Below the pieces are notes generated by a model, which made no database searches, was not told the origin of the DNA, and saw nothing but the letters and a program-made list of their open reading frames with translations. Shown here piece after piece: positions 1 to 8,746 of a DNA stretch of 64,000 bases. Location: NCBI GenBank assembly GCA_934456295.1, contig CAKSHB010000002.1, positions 12,513 through 76,512 on the forward strand, read 5' to 3'. The position numbers were made by a program, and so were the translations under genes. The DNA is from an uncultured Clostridia bacterium (GTDB lineage Bacteria > Bacillota > Clostridia > UBA1381 > UMGS1253). Position 1 is the first letter of the stretch. Every line of letters starts with the position of its first letter.

Positions 1-2078
1 GCAAGCCGGCTCTTGGCGTAGGTCCGGGAAACACACCGGCAATAATAGATGAAAGCGCCGACATAATCATGGCGGTAAGCTCGATTATTCATTCAAAAAC
101 CTTTGATAACGGCGTAATATGTGCCTCAGAGCAGTCGGTTATAGTGCCGGATACGATTTATGACGCAGTTAAAGCCGAGTTTGAAGAGCGCGGGTGTTAT
201 TTTCTAAGCCCGAAGGAAACGGAAATGGTGCGGAAAACTATAATCATAAACGGTTCGCTCAATGCAAAAATTGTCGGTCAGACAGCGCACACAATTGCAA
301 AGCTGGCAGGGATAGACGTGGCAGAAAGCACAAAAATACTGATAGGCGAGGTTGAGTCGGTCGATATATCCGAGGAATTTGCCCATGAAAAGCTTTCGCC
401 CGTACTTGCTATGTATAAAGCGAAAAATATCACCGACGCATTTGATAAGGCGCAGAGGCTTATTGAGGACGGCGGCTACGGACACACGTCATCAATATAT
501 CTGAACGCTTCTGAGGCAGGCGCAGTACTTGATGAATTTGCACGGCGTATGCAAACCTGCCGTATTCTTGTAAATACACCGTCCTCACAGGGCGGAATAG
601 GCGATTTGTATAACTTTAAGCTTGCTCCGTCGCTCACATTGGGCTGCGGCTCATGGGGAGGAAATTCAGTAAGCGATAATGTTGGCGTAATGAATCTTTT
701 AAACATTAAGACGGTTGCTGAAAGGAGAGAAAATATGCTTTGGTTCAGAGCGCCCGAAAAGATATATATGAAAAGAGGCTGTCTGCCGGCTGCGCTTGAT
801 GAATTAAAGCGTGTTATGGGCAAACAGAGAGCATTTATCGTAACTGACAGCTTTCTTTACAATAACGGCTATACAAAAGCCGTTACAGACCGGCTTGATG
901 AACTGGAAATACAGCATGCGGTGTTTTTTGACGTTGAACCCGATCCGACGCTTGCATGCGCAAGAGCCGGAGCAGAACGCATGAAATCCTTCCGCCCCGA
1001 CTGTATAATTGCGCTCGGCGGCGGTTCTGCGATGGACGCGGCAAAAATAATGTGGGTGCTCTATGAACACCCCGATGCCGATTTTATGGATATGGCAATG
1101 CGTTTTATAGACATAAGAAAAAGAGTGTATACCTTTCCGAAGATGGGAGAAAAAGCATATTTTACAGCAATACCGACATCTGCCGGCACAGGCTCGGAGG
1201 TTACGCCGTTTGCGGTCATAACCGATGAACAGACAGGTATAAAATATCCGCTGGCGGATTATGAGCTTCTGCCGAATATGGCGATTATCGACACAGATTT
1301 TCACATGTCTGCGCCGAAAGGGCTTACTGCGGCGTCGGGTATTGATGCTGCAACACATGCTCTGGAGGCATATGCGTCGATGCTTGCAACCGATTACACA
1401 GATTCTCTTGCACTCGGAGCGCTTAAAATTATATTTGAATATTTGCCGCGCGCATATGATAACGGCGAAAAAGACCCCGTTGCGCGTGAAAAAATGGCAA
1501 ATGCGGCAACTATGGCAGGTATGGCGTTTGCAAATGCATTTTTGGGTGTGTGCCATTCAATGGCGCATAAGCTCGGCGCGTTCTGTCATCTGCCGCACGG
1601 TGTTGCAAACGCGCTTATGATAGATGAAGTACTCAGATTTAACGCGAGCGAAGTGCCTGTAAAAATGGGAACATTTTCACAGTATGACCATCCGCACACG
1701 CTTGAGCGCTACGGTGAGATTGCAAAACACCTGGGGTTGGGCGGGGACAGTGATGAGGAACGGCTCGAAAAGCTTATAGAAGCGCTTGACGGGCTTAAAA
1801 GAAAGGTTGGAATTAAGGACACCATTAAAGCTTACGGCGTTGACGAGAAGGATTTTCTTGCAGGGCTTGATGAAATGACCGAGCAGGCGTTTGACGACCA
1901 GTGCACGGGCGCAAATCCCAGATATCCTCTTATGAGCGAGATAAGACAGATGTATCTTGACGCATATTACGGAAACGGGCATTTCGGCGATGAGCAAATG
2001 CCGAAATCGGAAACAGTTGTTCCGAAGGAAGATGCTGTCAAAAAGATTTACCGTAAAAAAGCAAACGAAAAACAGTAG
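1..2078 (+). CDS. adhE: bifunctional acetaldehyde-CoA/alcohol dehydrogenase AdhE (5' end cut by window edge)
   Basis: The reading frame is open from nt 3 (KPALGVGPGNTPAIIDESADI...). It covers the ALDH-domain C-terminus (FDNGVICASEQS) and a complete Fe-ADH domain (GGGSAMDAAK, HSMAHKLG), and ends in a Lys-rich tail. Confidence 0.93.
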   Translation, partial: KPALGVGPGNTPAIIDESADIIMAVSSIIHSKTFDNGVICASEQSVIVPDTIYDAVKAEFEERGCYFLSPKETEMVRKTIIINGSLNAKIVGQTAHTIAKLAGIDVAESTKILIGEVESVDISEEFAHEKLSPVLAMYKAKNITDAFDKAQRLIEDGGYGHTSSIYLNASEAGAVLDEFARRMQTCRILVNTPSSQGGIGDLYNFKLAPSLTLGCGSWGGNSVSDNVGVMNLLNIKTVAERRENMLWFRAPEKIYMKRGCLPAALDELKRVMGKQRAFIVTDSFLYNNGYTKAVTDRLDELEIQHAVFFDVEPDPTLACARAGAERMKSFRPDCIIALGGGSAMDAAKIMWVLYEHPDADFMDMAMRFIDIRKRVYTFPKMGEKAYFTAIPTSAGTGSEVTPFAVITDEQTGIKYPLADYELLPNMAIIDTDFHMSAPKGLTAASGIDAATHALEAYASMLATDYTDSLALGALKIIFEYLPRAYDNGEKDPVAREKMANAATMAGMAFANAFLGVCHSMAHKLGAFCHLPHGVANALMIDEVLRFNASEVPVKMGTFSQYDHPHTLERYGEIAKHLGLGGDSDEERLEKLIEALDGLKRKVGIKDTIKAYGVDEKDFLAGLDEMTEQAFDDQCTGANPRYPLMSEIRQMYLDAYYGNGHFGDEQMPKSETVVPKEDAVKKIYRKKANEKQ

Positions 2079-2099
2079 TGTGCGAGGAGGTAAGAAAAG

Positions 2100-2849
2100 A
2101 TGAAGCTTGACAGAGTAATTGCCGTAAGAAATAATAAAACGATATACCGTGACGGGGATTTGTGTGTGAAGGTATTTGACGGAGATTTTTCAAAAGCCGA
2201 TGTATTAAATGAGGCGCTTAACCAGGCGCGTATAGAGGAAACAGGGCTGAACGTGCCGAAGATAAAAGAAGTTATGACAATTGACGGCAAATGGGCGATA
2301 GTGTCCGAATATATTTCGGGAAAAACGCTTGCACAGCTTATGGCGGAAAATCCCGACAAAAAAGAGCAGTATATGAATTTGTTTGTTGATTTGCAGCTTG
2401 ATATGCATTCAAAAAAATGTCCGCTGTTAAACAAGCTGCGCGATAAGATGAACTCGAAGATAGATATGACAAATCTCGATGCGACAACGCGCTACGATTT
2501 GCATACAAGGCTTGAGGCAATGCCGTATCATTCAAAAGTGTGCCATGGGGATTTTAACCCGAGCAACATTATAATTACAGATGAAGGCAGAGAGTATATT
2601 TTAGACTGGTCGCATGCAACGCAGGGCAATGCTTCTGCCGACGCAGCGAGAACATACCTTCTGTTCTGGCTTGGGGGCGATATTGACAGTGCGGAAAAAT
2701 ATCTTGAGCTGTTTTGTAAAAAGAGCGATACGGCAAAACAGTATGTTCAGAAATGGATGCCGATAGTTGCCGCGTCACAGTCGGTAAAAGGGAATGAAAA
2801 AGAACGCGAGTTTCTGCTGTCATGGGTAGATGTTGTTGATTATCAATAG
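2100..2849 (+). CDS. APH/choline-kinase-like phosphotransferase (ePK fold) family protein
   Basis: 249 aa with the catalytic-loop motif CHGDFNPSNIII and a downstream ILDWS (Brenner/APH-type). GGAGG RBS; starts 21 nt after the adhE stop. Confidence 0.7.
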   Translation: MKLDRVIAVRNNKTIYRDGDLCVKVFDGDFSKADVLNEALNQARIEETGLNVPKIKEVMTIDGKWAIVSEYISGKTLAQLMAENPDKKEQYMNLFVDLQLDMHSKKCPLLNKLRDKMNSKIDMTNLDATTRYDLHTRLEAMPYHSKVCHGDFNPSNIIITDEGREYILDWSHATQGNASADAARTYLLFWLGGDIDSAEKYLELFCKKSDTAKQYVQKWMPIVAASQSVKGNEKEREFLLSWVDVVDYQ

Positions 2850-2908
2850 CCGAAAAGGCTGTAAATAAAAAATTAAAAGCTTGATATAAGCTGAAAGGAA
2901 GGTTTGTT

Positions 2909-3148
2909 ATGAAAATTACCGTGTGTATAGGGAGCTCATGTCATATAAAGGGCTCAAGGCAGGTTGTGGAGCAGCTTCAATACCTGATTGCAAAAAATGA
3001 ACTTAAAGATAAGGTGGACCTGGGCGGCACTTTCTGCATGGGAAAGTGCCAGGAGGGTGTCTGTGTTACGGTTGACGATGTATTTCATTCGGTATCGCCG
3101 GAAACCGTTGATGAATTTTTTGAAAAAGAGGTTATGGCAAAGCTGTAA
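2909..3148 (+). CDS. thioredoxin-like [2Fe-2S] ferredoxin (HfsA-like small protein)
   Basis: 79 aa with Cys pattern C-x4-C...C-x3-C (VCIGSSC ... FCMGKC), as in NuoE/HydC-type Trx-like ferredoxin domains. GGAAGG RBS. Confidence 0.75.
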   Translation: MKITVCIGSSCHIKGSRQVVEQLQYLIAKNELKDKVDLGGTFCMGKCQEGVCVTVDDVFHSVSPETVDEFFEKEVMAKL

Positions 3149-3248
3149 GACAGACGAAGGTTTTGAGTGTGTGAGAACTTTGACTGTATGAGATTTTGAC
3201 AGAAAAGATTGTGAGGGATATTTAAGAATACTGTATGAGAGAAAGGAT

Positions 3249-4934
3249 GTGACGAAGGTGCCGGATTGTCTTACACTGAAAAAATCAAACTGCAAAAACT
3301 GTTATAAGTGTATTCGCCACTGTCCCGTAAAATCAATACGCTTTTCGGGAAATCAGGCACACATAGTCGGAGATGAATGTGTTTTGTGCGGACATTGTTT
3401 TGTGGTCTGTCCGCAGAACGCCAAGCAGATTGTAAACGAAACAGAGAAGGTGCGCGTGCTGCTTCAGAGCGGCGACCCTGTGATAGTAAGTCTTGCGCCG
3501 TCATTTGTTGCAAACTATGACGGAGTGGGAATTGAATCAATGCGTGCGGCGCTGAAAAAGCTTGGTTTTTATGACGCGGAGGAAACGGCAGTCGGAGCGA
3601 CAATTGTTAAAAACGAGTATGAGCGTATGCTTAGAGAGGAGAATAGGAATATTATAATATCTTCATGCTGCCATTCGATAAATCTGCTTATACAGAAATA
3701 TTTTCCGTCAGAACTGCCGTATCTTGCTGATGTTGTTTCGCCGATGCAGGCACATTGCAGTGATATCAAAAAGAGATATCCGAATGCAAAAACTGTTTTT
3801 ATCGGGCCATGCGTTGCAAAAAAGGACGAGGCAGAGAGATATTATGGTATAGTTGATGCCGTGCTCACATTTGAGGAACTCACAAAATGGTTTGAGGACG
3901 AAAAAATTGAACCTGAAAAGATGATTGATAATTATGAGGAAAGCCGAGCAAGATTTTTCCCGACAACGGGCGGCATACTGAAAACCATGCGCGAAAGACT
4001 GCCGGAATATACATATATGGCGATTGACGGTATTGATAACTGTATTACCGCACTTAAAGATATTGAGGAAGGAAATATACATAACTGTTTTATTGAAATG
4101 TCGGCATGTACAGGGAGCTGTATAGGCGGTCCCGTTATGGAAAAATACCATCGCCTGCCTGTGCGCGATTATATGTCGGTTGCAAAATTTGCGGGCAATA
4201 AAGACTTTGACGTAAAACAGCCCGACGCACTTGAAGTGCACAAGAATTTTGAAATAATTAACCACAGACAGCAAATGCCGAGTGAGCAGGAAATACACGA
4301 TATTCTCAGACAAATGGGCAAAATGAAACCGTCGGACGAATTGAACTGCGGTTCATGCGGATATAACACATGCCGCGAAAAGGCTGTGGCAATATATCAG
4401 GGCAAAGCCGAAATATCGATGTGTCTGCCGTTTTTGAAGGATAAAGCAGAGAGCTTTTCCGACAATATTGTAAACAACACTCCAAACGGCATTATTGTTT
4501 TAAACGAGAAGCTGGAGGTGCAGCAGATAAATACGGCTGCCAGAAAAATTATGAATATACGCTCAAGCGGCGATGTTCTGGGCTCACAGGTTGTACGGAT
4601 ACTTGACCCGGGAATATTTGCCGAGGTTTTGCAGAGCGGAAGGGATATAAGAGATCACAGAACATATCTTGCGGAGTATGGAAAATATGTTGAGCAGACG
4701 GTTATCTATGACAGCGGCTACCGCTTGCTTATATGCATTATGCGTGATGTGACAGATGAGGAGAAGGCGCGCGAAAAGAAGGAACGCATAGGGCGCCAGA
4801 CGGTTGAAACGGCGGATAAGGTTGTGGATAAGCAAATGCGTATAGTTCAGGAGATTGCATCGCTTCTGGGCGAAACTGCCGCAGAAACAAAGATTGCGCT
4901 TTCAAAGCTGAAGGAGTCGATTTCTGATGAATAA
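3249..4934 (+). CDS. hydS: putative sensory [FeFe]-hydrogenase (HydS/HfsB-like, group C) with C-terminal PAS domain
   Basis: Contains two N-terminal 4Fe-4S ferredoxin motifs and an H-cluster domain (SSCCHS, GPCVAKKDE, EMSACTGSCIGG). These are followed by an extra Cx2Cx4Cx16C motif (CGSCGYNTC...C), a PAS-like region and a coiled-coil tail. The true start may be GTG 3258, which has better spacing to AAAGGA. Confidence 0.85.
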   Translation: MTKVPDCLTLKKSNCKNCYKCIRHCPVKSIRFSGNQAHIVGDECVLCGHCFVVCPQNAKQIVNETEKVRVLLQSGDPVIVSLAPSFVANYDGVGIESMRAALKKLGFYDAEETAVGATIVKNEYERMLREENRNIIISSCCHSINLLIQKYFPSELPYLADVVSPMQAHCSDIKKRYPNAKTVFIGPCVAKKDEAERYYGIVDAVLTFEELTKWFEDEKIEPEKMIDNYEESRARFFPTTGGILKTMRERLPEYTYMAIDGIDNCITALKDIEEGNIHNCFIEMSACTGSCIGGPVMEKYHRLPVRDYMSVAKFAGNKDFDVKQPDALEVHKNFEIINHRQQMPSEQEIHDILRQMGKMKPSDELNCGSCGYNTCREKAVAIYQGKAEISMCLPFLKDKAESFSDNIVNNTPNGIIVLNEKLEVQQINTAARKIMNIRSSGDVLGSQVVRILDPGIFAEVLQSGRDIRDHRTYLAEYGKYVEQTVIYDSGYRLLICIMRDVTDEEKAREKKERIGRQTVETADKVVDKQMRIVQEIASLLGETAAETKIALSKLKESISDE

Positions 4935-6099
4935 TTTATGTGCCGACATAGGCTACAAAAGCATAAACCACTATGGCGAGCAGCTTTGCGGCGACCATGT
5001 TGACATAGTTGAACAGGATGAAAATTCGTCGGTGATTGTTTTGGCGGACGGTCTGGGAAGCGGAGTAAAAGCAAGTATCCTTTCAACACTTACATCAAAA
5101 ATTATTTCCACAATGATGTCGGAAGGGCTTGCGCTTGAGGATTGCGTCGAAACGATAGCGATGGCTTTACCCGTATGCTCGGTGCGCGGAGTTGCGTATT
5201 CAACCTTCACGATTATTCATTTGATAAACAATGAAACGGCGGAGGTAATTCAGTACGATAACCCCATGCTGATTTTAATTCGTGACGGCAGCAATTATGA
5301 CTATCCGAAAACAGAGCTTAATATCGGCGGCAAAAAAATATATAAATCTTCAATAAGCCTTATGGAAAATGATATTTTTGTTGCAATGAGCGACGGCTGT
5401 CCGCATGCGGGGATTGGAATTGCATATAATTTCGGCTGGAAGCGCGAGGATATCATATCGTTTCTTGAGCCTATATCCATGGCAGGATATACGGCAAAAA
5501 CAATATCGACAATGCTGGTTGATGAATGTAACAAGCTCTATGGCGAAAGACCGGGAGATGACGCAACGGCATGCGTTGTGCGTGTGCGCAGGCGTGAACC
5601 GATGAATTTGCTGTTCGGTCCGCCGTCAAACCGCGATGACTGTGACCGTATGATGTCTTTGTTCTTCTCAAAGGAGGGCAAACATATCATATGCGGAGGA
5701 ACCACATCATCAATTGCGGCAAAATATCTGAGAAAGCCGCTCAGGGCAAGCTTGAATTTTGAACAGTCCGATGTGCCGCCGATTGCACATATTGACGGAG
5801 TTGATTTGGTAACGGAGGGCGTTATAACAATAAACAAAGTGCTTGAATACGCAAAGGATTATTTGCAGGATAACGAGAGCTATAAGCAGTGGAACTATAA
5901 AAAGGACGGAGCCTCGCTTATATGTCAGCTTTTGTTTGAGGAGGCAACGGATATAAACTTCTATGTTGGCCGTGCAATTAACCCTGCACATCAAAATCCG
6001 GAGCTTCCGATTAATTTCAATATTAAAATGAATTTGGTGAAAGAACTGTCGGAATGTCTTAAAATGATGGGAAAGCGAATTAAGATAAGCTATTTTTAA
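4927..6099 (+). CDS. PP2C/SpoIIE-family serine phosphatase with an uncharacterised C-terminal domain
   Basis: The N-terminal ~220 aa carry PP2C-type motifs (LADGLGSGVKASILS, MSDG, GDDATA). About 165 aa with no motif I recognise follow. The start overlaps the hydS stop by 8 nt. Confidence 0.8.
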   Translation: MNNLCADIGYKSINHYGEQLCGDHVDIVEQDENSSVIVLADGLGSGVKASILSTLTSKIISTMMSEGLALEDCVETIAMALPVCSVRGVAYSTFTIIHLINNETAEVIQYDNPMLILIRDGSNYDYPKTELNIGGKKIYKSSISLMENDIFVAMSDGCPHAGIGIAYNFGWKREDIISFLEPISMAGYTAKTISTMLVDECNKLYGERPGDDATACVVRVRRREPMNLLFGPPSNRDDCDRMMSLFFSKEGKHIICGGTTSSIAAKYLRKPLRASLNFEQSDVPPIAHIDGVDLVTEGVITINKVLEYAKDYLQDNESYKQWNYKKDGASLICQLLFEEATDINFYVGRAINPAHQNPELPINFNIKMNLVKELSECLKMMGKRIKISYF

Positions 6100-6132
6100 A
6101 TATGTTATTTATAAGATATAGGAGGACGGCAA

Positions 6133-7575
6133 ATGCGGAAGTTTGATACAAAGGTGCAGCACTTGAAATATAAGGTTCTGCGGGAGGTTGCAAGACAAGC
6201 CTGGAATAATTCGCTTACCGAAAACATACTTGATATTCCGAAAACGATTATACCCGGAAACACGCCGACAATGCGCTGCTGTGTATATAAAGAGAGGGCA
6301 ATCGTGGCAGAAAGGGTTAAACTGGCAATGGGCGGAAACAGGGAAAATCCGAACGTGATTGAGGTTATAGAGATTGCGTGCGATGAGTGTCCCGTCGGCG
6401 GATACGAGGTCACAAATGCTTGCCGCGGCTGTCTTGCGCACCGCTGTGAGGATGTATGCAGAAGAGGTGCCATTTCGTTTGACCACAACCATGTTGCGCA
6501 CATAGATAAAACAAAGTGTGTGGAGTGCGGAGCATGCGCAAAGGTGTGCCCGTATACGGCGATTGTGAGCCAGAAAAGACCTTGCCAGAATGCATGTAAA
6601 ATCAAGGCGATTGAGATGAATGAGAACAAGGCGGCAAAGATTGACAATGATAAATGCATATCGTGCGGAGCATGCGTATATCAGTGCCCGTTCGGCGCAA
6701 TTATGGATAAATCCTACATACTTGATGTTATTGATTTGCTTAAAGACGCTCTGAAGTCAAAAAATGAGGACGGTGGCGAAAAAACGAAGCTTTATGCCGT
6801 GGTTGCACCATCGATATCAAGCCAGTTTCGCTATGCAAAGCTCGGACAGGTCATAACGGGGCTTAAAGAGCTTGGTTTTCACACTGTAATCGAGGCGGCG
6901 CTCGGCGCTGACATGGTTGCACATGCCGAGTCGAAGGAGCTTGCCGAAAAAGGCTTTCTGACAAGTTCGTGCTGTCCGGCGTTTGTGAGCTATATCGAGA
7001 AAAAATTTCCCGAACTGACGCCTTTTATATCGCACAATCTTTCACCGATGGCAACGATTTCAAAATATATAAAAGAAACAACGAAAAACGCAAAAGTTGT
7101 ATTTATCGGACCTTGTACGGCAAAAAAAGCCGAGGTGCAGAAAGACGAAGTGAAACCTTATGTTGATGCGGCGCTTACCTTTGAGGAATTGCAGGCATTG
7201 TTTGACAGCCGCGATATTGATATAACAACGCTCGGCGAGGGCGTTTTGGATAACGCTTCATATTTCGGCAGAATATTTGCGCGCTGCGGCGGACTTGCCG
7301 ATGCTGTTGCGGAAGGTCTGAAGGAACAGGGGATAGACGATTTTGACCTGAAGGCGGTTTCATGTGACGGCATAGAGCAGTGCAGAACGGCGCTGCTGAA
7401 AAAAAGCAGAAATGTGCTCGATGCCAACTTTATTGAGGGAATGGCATGCACGGGCGGCTGTATAGGCGGCGCAGGATGCCTTACGCACGGAGAGAAAAAT
7501 AAAGCCGAAGTTGATAAATACGGCAAAGAGGCGCTTGAAAAAACCATATCCGATGCGATATCGGTTCTGAAATAA
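6133..7575 (+). CDS. monomeric [FeFe]-hydrogenase (group B-like architecture; HfsD/HydA2 analogue)
   Basis: Cys-rich N-terminus (MRCCVYKERA, CDECP, CRGC..C), two 4Fe-4S ferredoxin motifs and H-cluster motifs TSSCCPAF, GPCTAKKAE and EGMACTGGCIGG. GGAGG RBS. Confidence 0.85.
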   Translation: MRKFDTKVQHLKYKVLREVARQAWNNSLTENILDIPKTIIPGNTPTMRCCVYKERAIVAERVKLAMGGNRENPNVIEVIEIACDECPVGGYEVTNACRGCLAHRCEDVCRRGAISFDHNHVAHIDKTKCVECGACAKVCPYTAIVSQKRPCQNACKIKAIEMNENKAAKIDNDKCISCGACVYQCPFGAIMDKSYILDVIDLLKDALKSKNEDGGEKTKLYAVVAPSISSQFRYAKLGQVITGLKELGFHTVIEAALGADMVAHAESKELAEKGFLTSSCCPAFVSYIEKKFPELTPFISHNLSPMATISKYIKETTKNAKVVFIGPCTAKKAEVQKDEVKPYVDAALTFEELQALFDSRDIDITTLGEGVLDNASYFGRIFARCGGLADAVAEGLKEQGIDDFDLKAVSCDGIEQCRTALLKKSRNVLDANFIEGMACTGGCIGGAGCLTHGEKNKAEVDKYGKEALEKTISDAISVLK

Positions 7576-7599
7576 AAACATATAAAAAACGGATTAACT

Positions 7600-7633
7600 A
7601 TAGCCGCCGGTTCAGCCTGCGGCTATGATTTTT
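7600..7633 (+). terminator. rho-independent terminator after the hydrogenase gene
   Basis: Perfect 8-bp stem ATAGCCGC/GCGGCTAT with an 11-nt loop, followed by GATTTTT. Confidence 0.7.
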
Positions 7634-7728
7634 ATAAATATTTTGTTTATCACAAATTTTTTCGTGCATTTTTAGGCATTATATGATATTATATAAATTA
7701 TACAATCTTTTTTGCGAAAGGACTGACT

Positions 7729-8658
7729 TTGTTAATGTACGATACGATAATTATAGGCGGAGGTCCGGCAGGACTGAACGCCGCACTGTACAGCATGCGC
7801 AGCGGTATGAAAACACTTCTTGCCGAAAAGCTTTTCTGCGGCGGACAGGCGGCAACGACCTATGAGGTTGAAAACTATATAGGCTTTCCCGAGCCGATTT
7901 CGGGACCTGAGCTTGTTATGAATATGGAAAAACAAGTAAGGCGTTTCGGAGTGGAAATAGTAAACATACCTGTTGTTTCGCTCGGCTTTGGGGATAAAAT
8001 TAAAACAGTTTCTTTTGCCGATGGGAAAACATATGAAACAAAAACCGTAATCATATGTACCGGCGCAGCGCCGCGCACACTCGGGCTTGAAGGCGAGGAC
8101 GCGCTGCGCGGTGCGGGTGTTTCGTATTGCGCGACATGTGACGGGGCATTTTACAGGGGGAAAAATGTTGCCGTGATAGGCGGCGGCGATACGGCTCTTG
8201 AGGACGCATTATTTCTTGCAAATCTGTGCAAAGAGGTCTATCTTGTTCACAGACGTGACAGCTTCCGTGCGGCGAAGGTTCTTTGCGATAAAGCTGTTTC
8301 AAATGAGAAAATAAAAGTTATTTACGATACCGTTGCCGAAAATATCGGAATAAATTCGGACGGCATGGTAGACTTTCTTGACTTAAAAAATGTAAAAACC
8401 GGCGAAAAACAGACTGTGTTTGTATCGGGGATTTTTGTGGCAGTAGGGACAAAAGCCGAAAACGGGCTTTTCAAAGATAAGCTGCAATGTGACGAAAGCG
8501 GTTACATCATAACCGATGAAACGATGAAAACGAGTGTTGAGGGCGTATATGCTGCTGGCGACATACGCAAAAAACCGCTTCGCCAGATTATAACCGCAGC
8601 AGCGGACGGTGCAGTTGCGGCAAACTCGGCGGCATCATTTGTCATGAGTTTGTCATAA
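7729..8658 (+). CDS. trxB: thioredoxin-disulfide reductase
   Basis: GGGPAG FAD motif, redox-active CATC, GGGDTA NADPH motif and HRRD. ATG 7735 is an alternative start. Confidence 0.92.
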   Translation: MLMYDTIIIGGGPAGLNAALYSMRSGMKTLLAEKLFCGGQAATTYEVENYIGFPEPISGPELVMNMEKQVRRFGVEIVNIPVVSLGFGDKIKTVSFADGKTYETKTVIICTGAAPRTLGLEGEDALRGAGVSYCATCDGAFYRGKNVAVIGGGDTALEDALFLANLCKEVYLVHRRDSFRAAKVLCDKAVSNEKIKVIYDTVAENIGINSDGMVDFLDLKNVKTGEKQTVFVSGIFVAVGTKAENGLFKDKLQCDESGYIITDETMKTSVEGVYAAGDIRKKPLRQIITAAADGAVAANSAASFVMSLS

Positions 8659-8677
8659 TGTCTGCCGCGTGATGTAT

Positions 8678-8706
8678 TTGCAATTTTTTTACTTTTGTGT
8701 TATACT
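8678..8706 (+). promoter_or_regulatory. sigma-A-like promoter upstream of PBP1A gene
   Basis: TTGCAA, 17 nt, TATACT, with TGT immediately upstream of the -10 (extended -10). Confidence 0.45.
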
Positions 8707-8746
8707 GTGAAAAAGGATTTCTGTCTTGCACAAAGGAGGCTTTTTT

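Noticed and set aside
3183-3240. Perfect 11-nt direct repeat ACTGTATGAGA (3183-3193 and 3230-3240), plus repeated TTTGAC, between the small ferredoxin gene and hydS.
   Set aside because: The repeat is real in the sequence, but it is short, AT-rich and unsupported by any known operator. It may be a regulator site or coincidence, and there is not enough evidence to call it.
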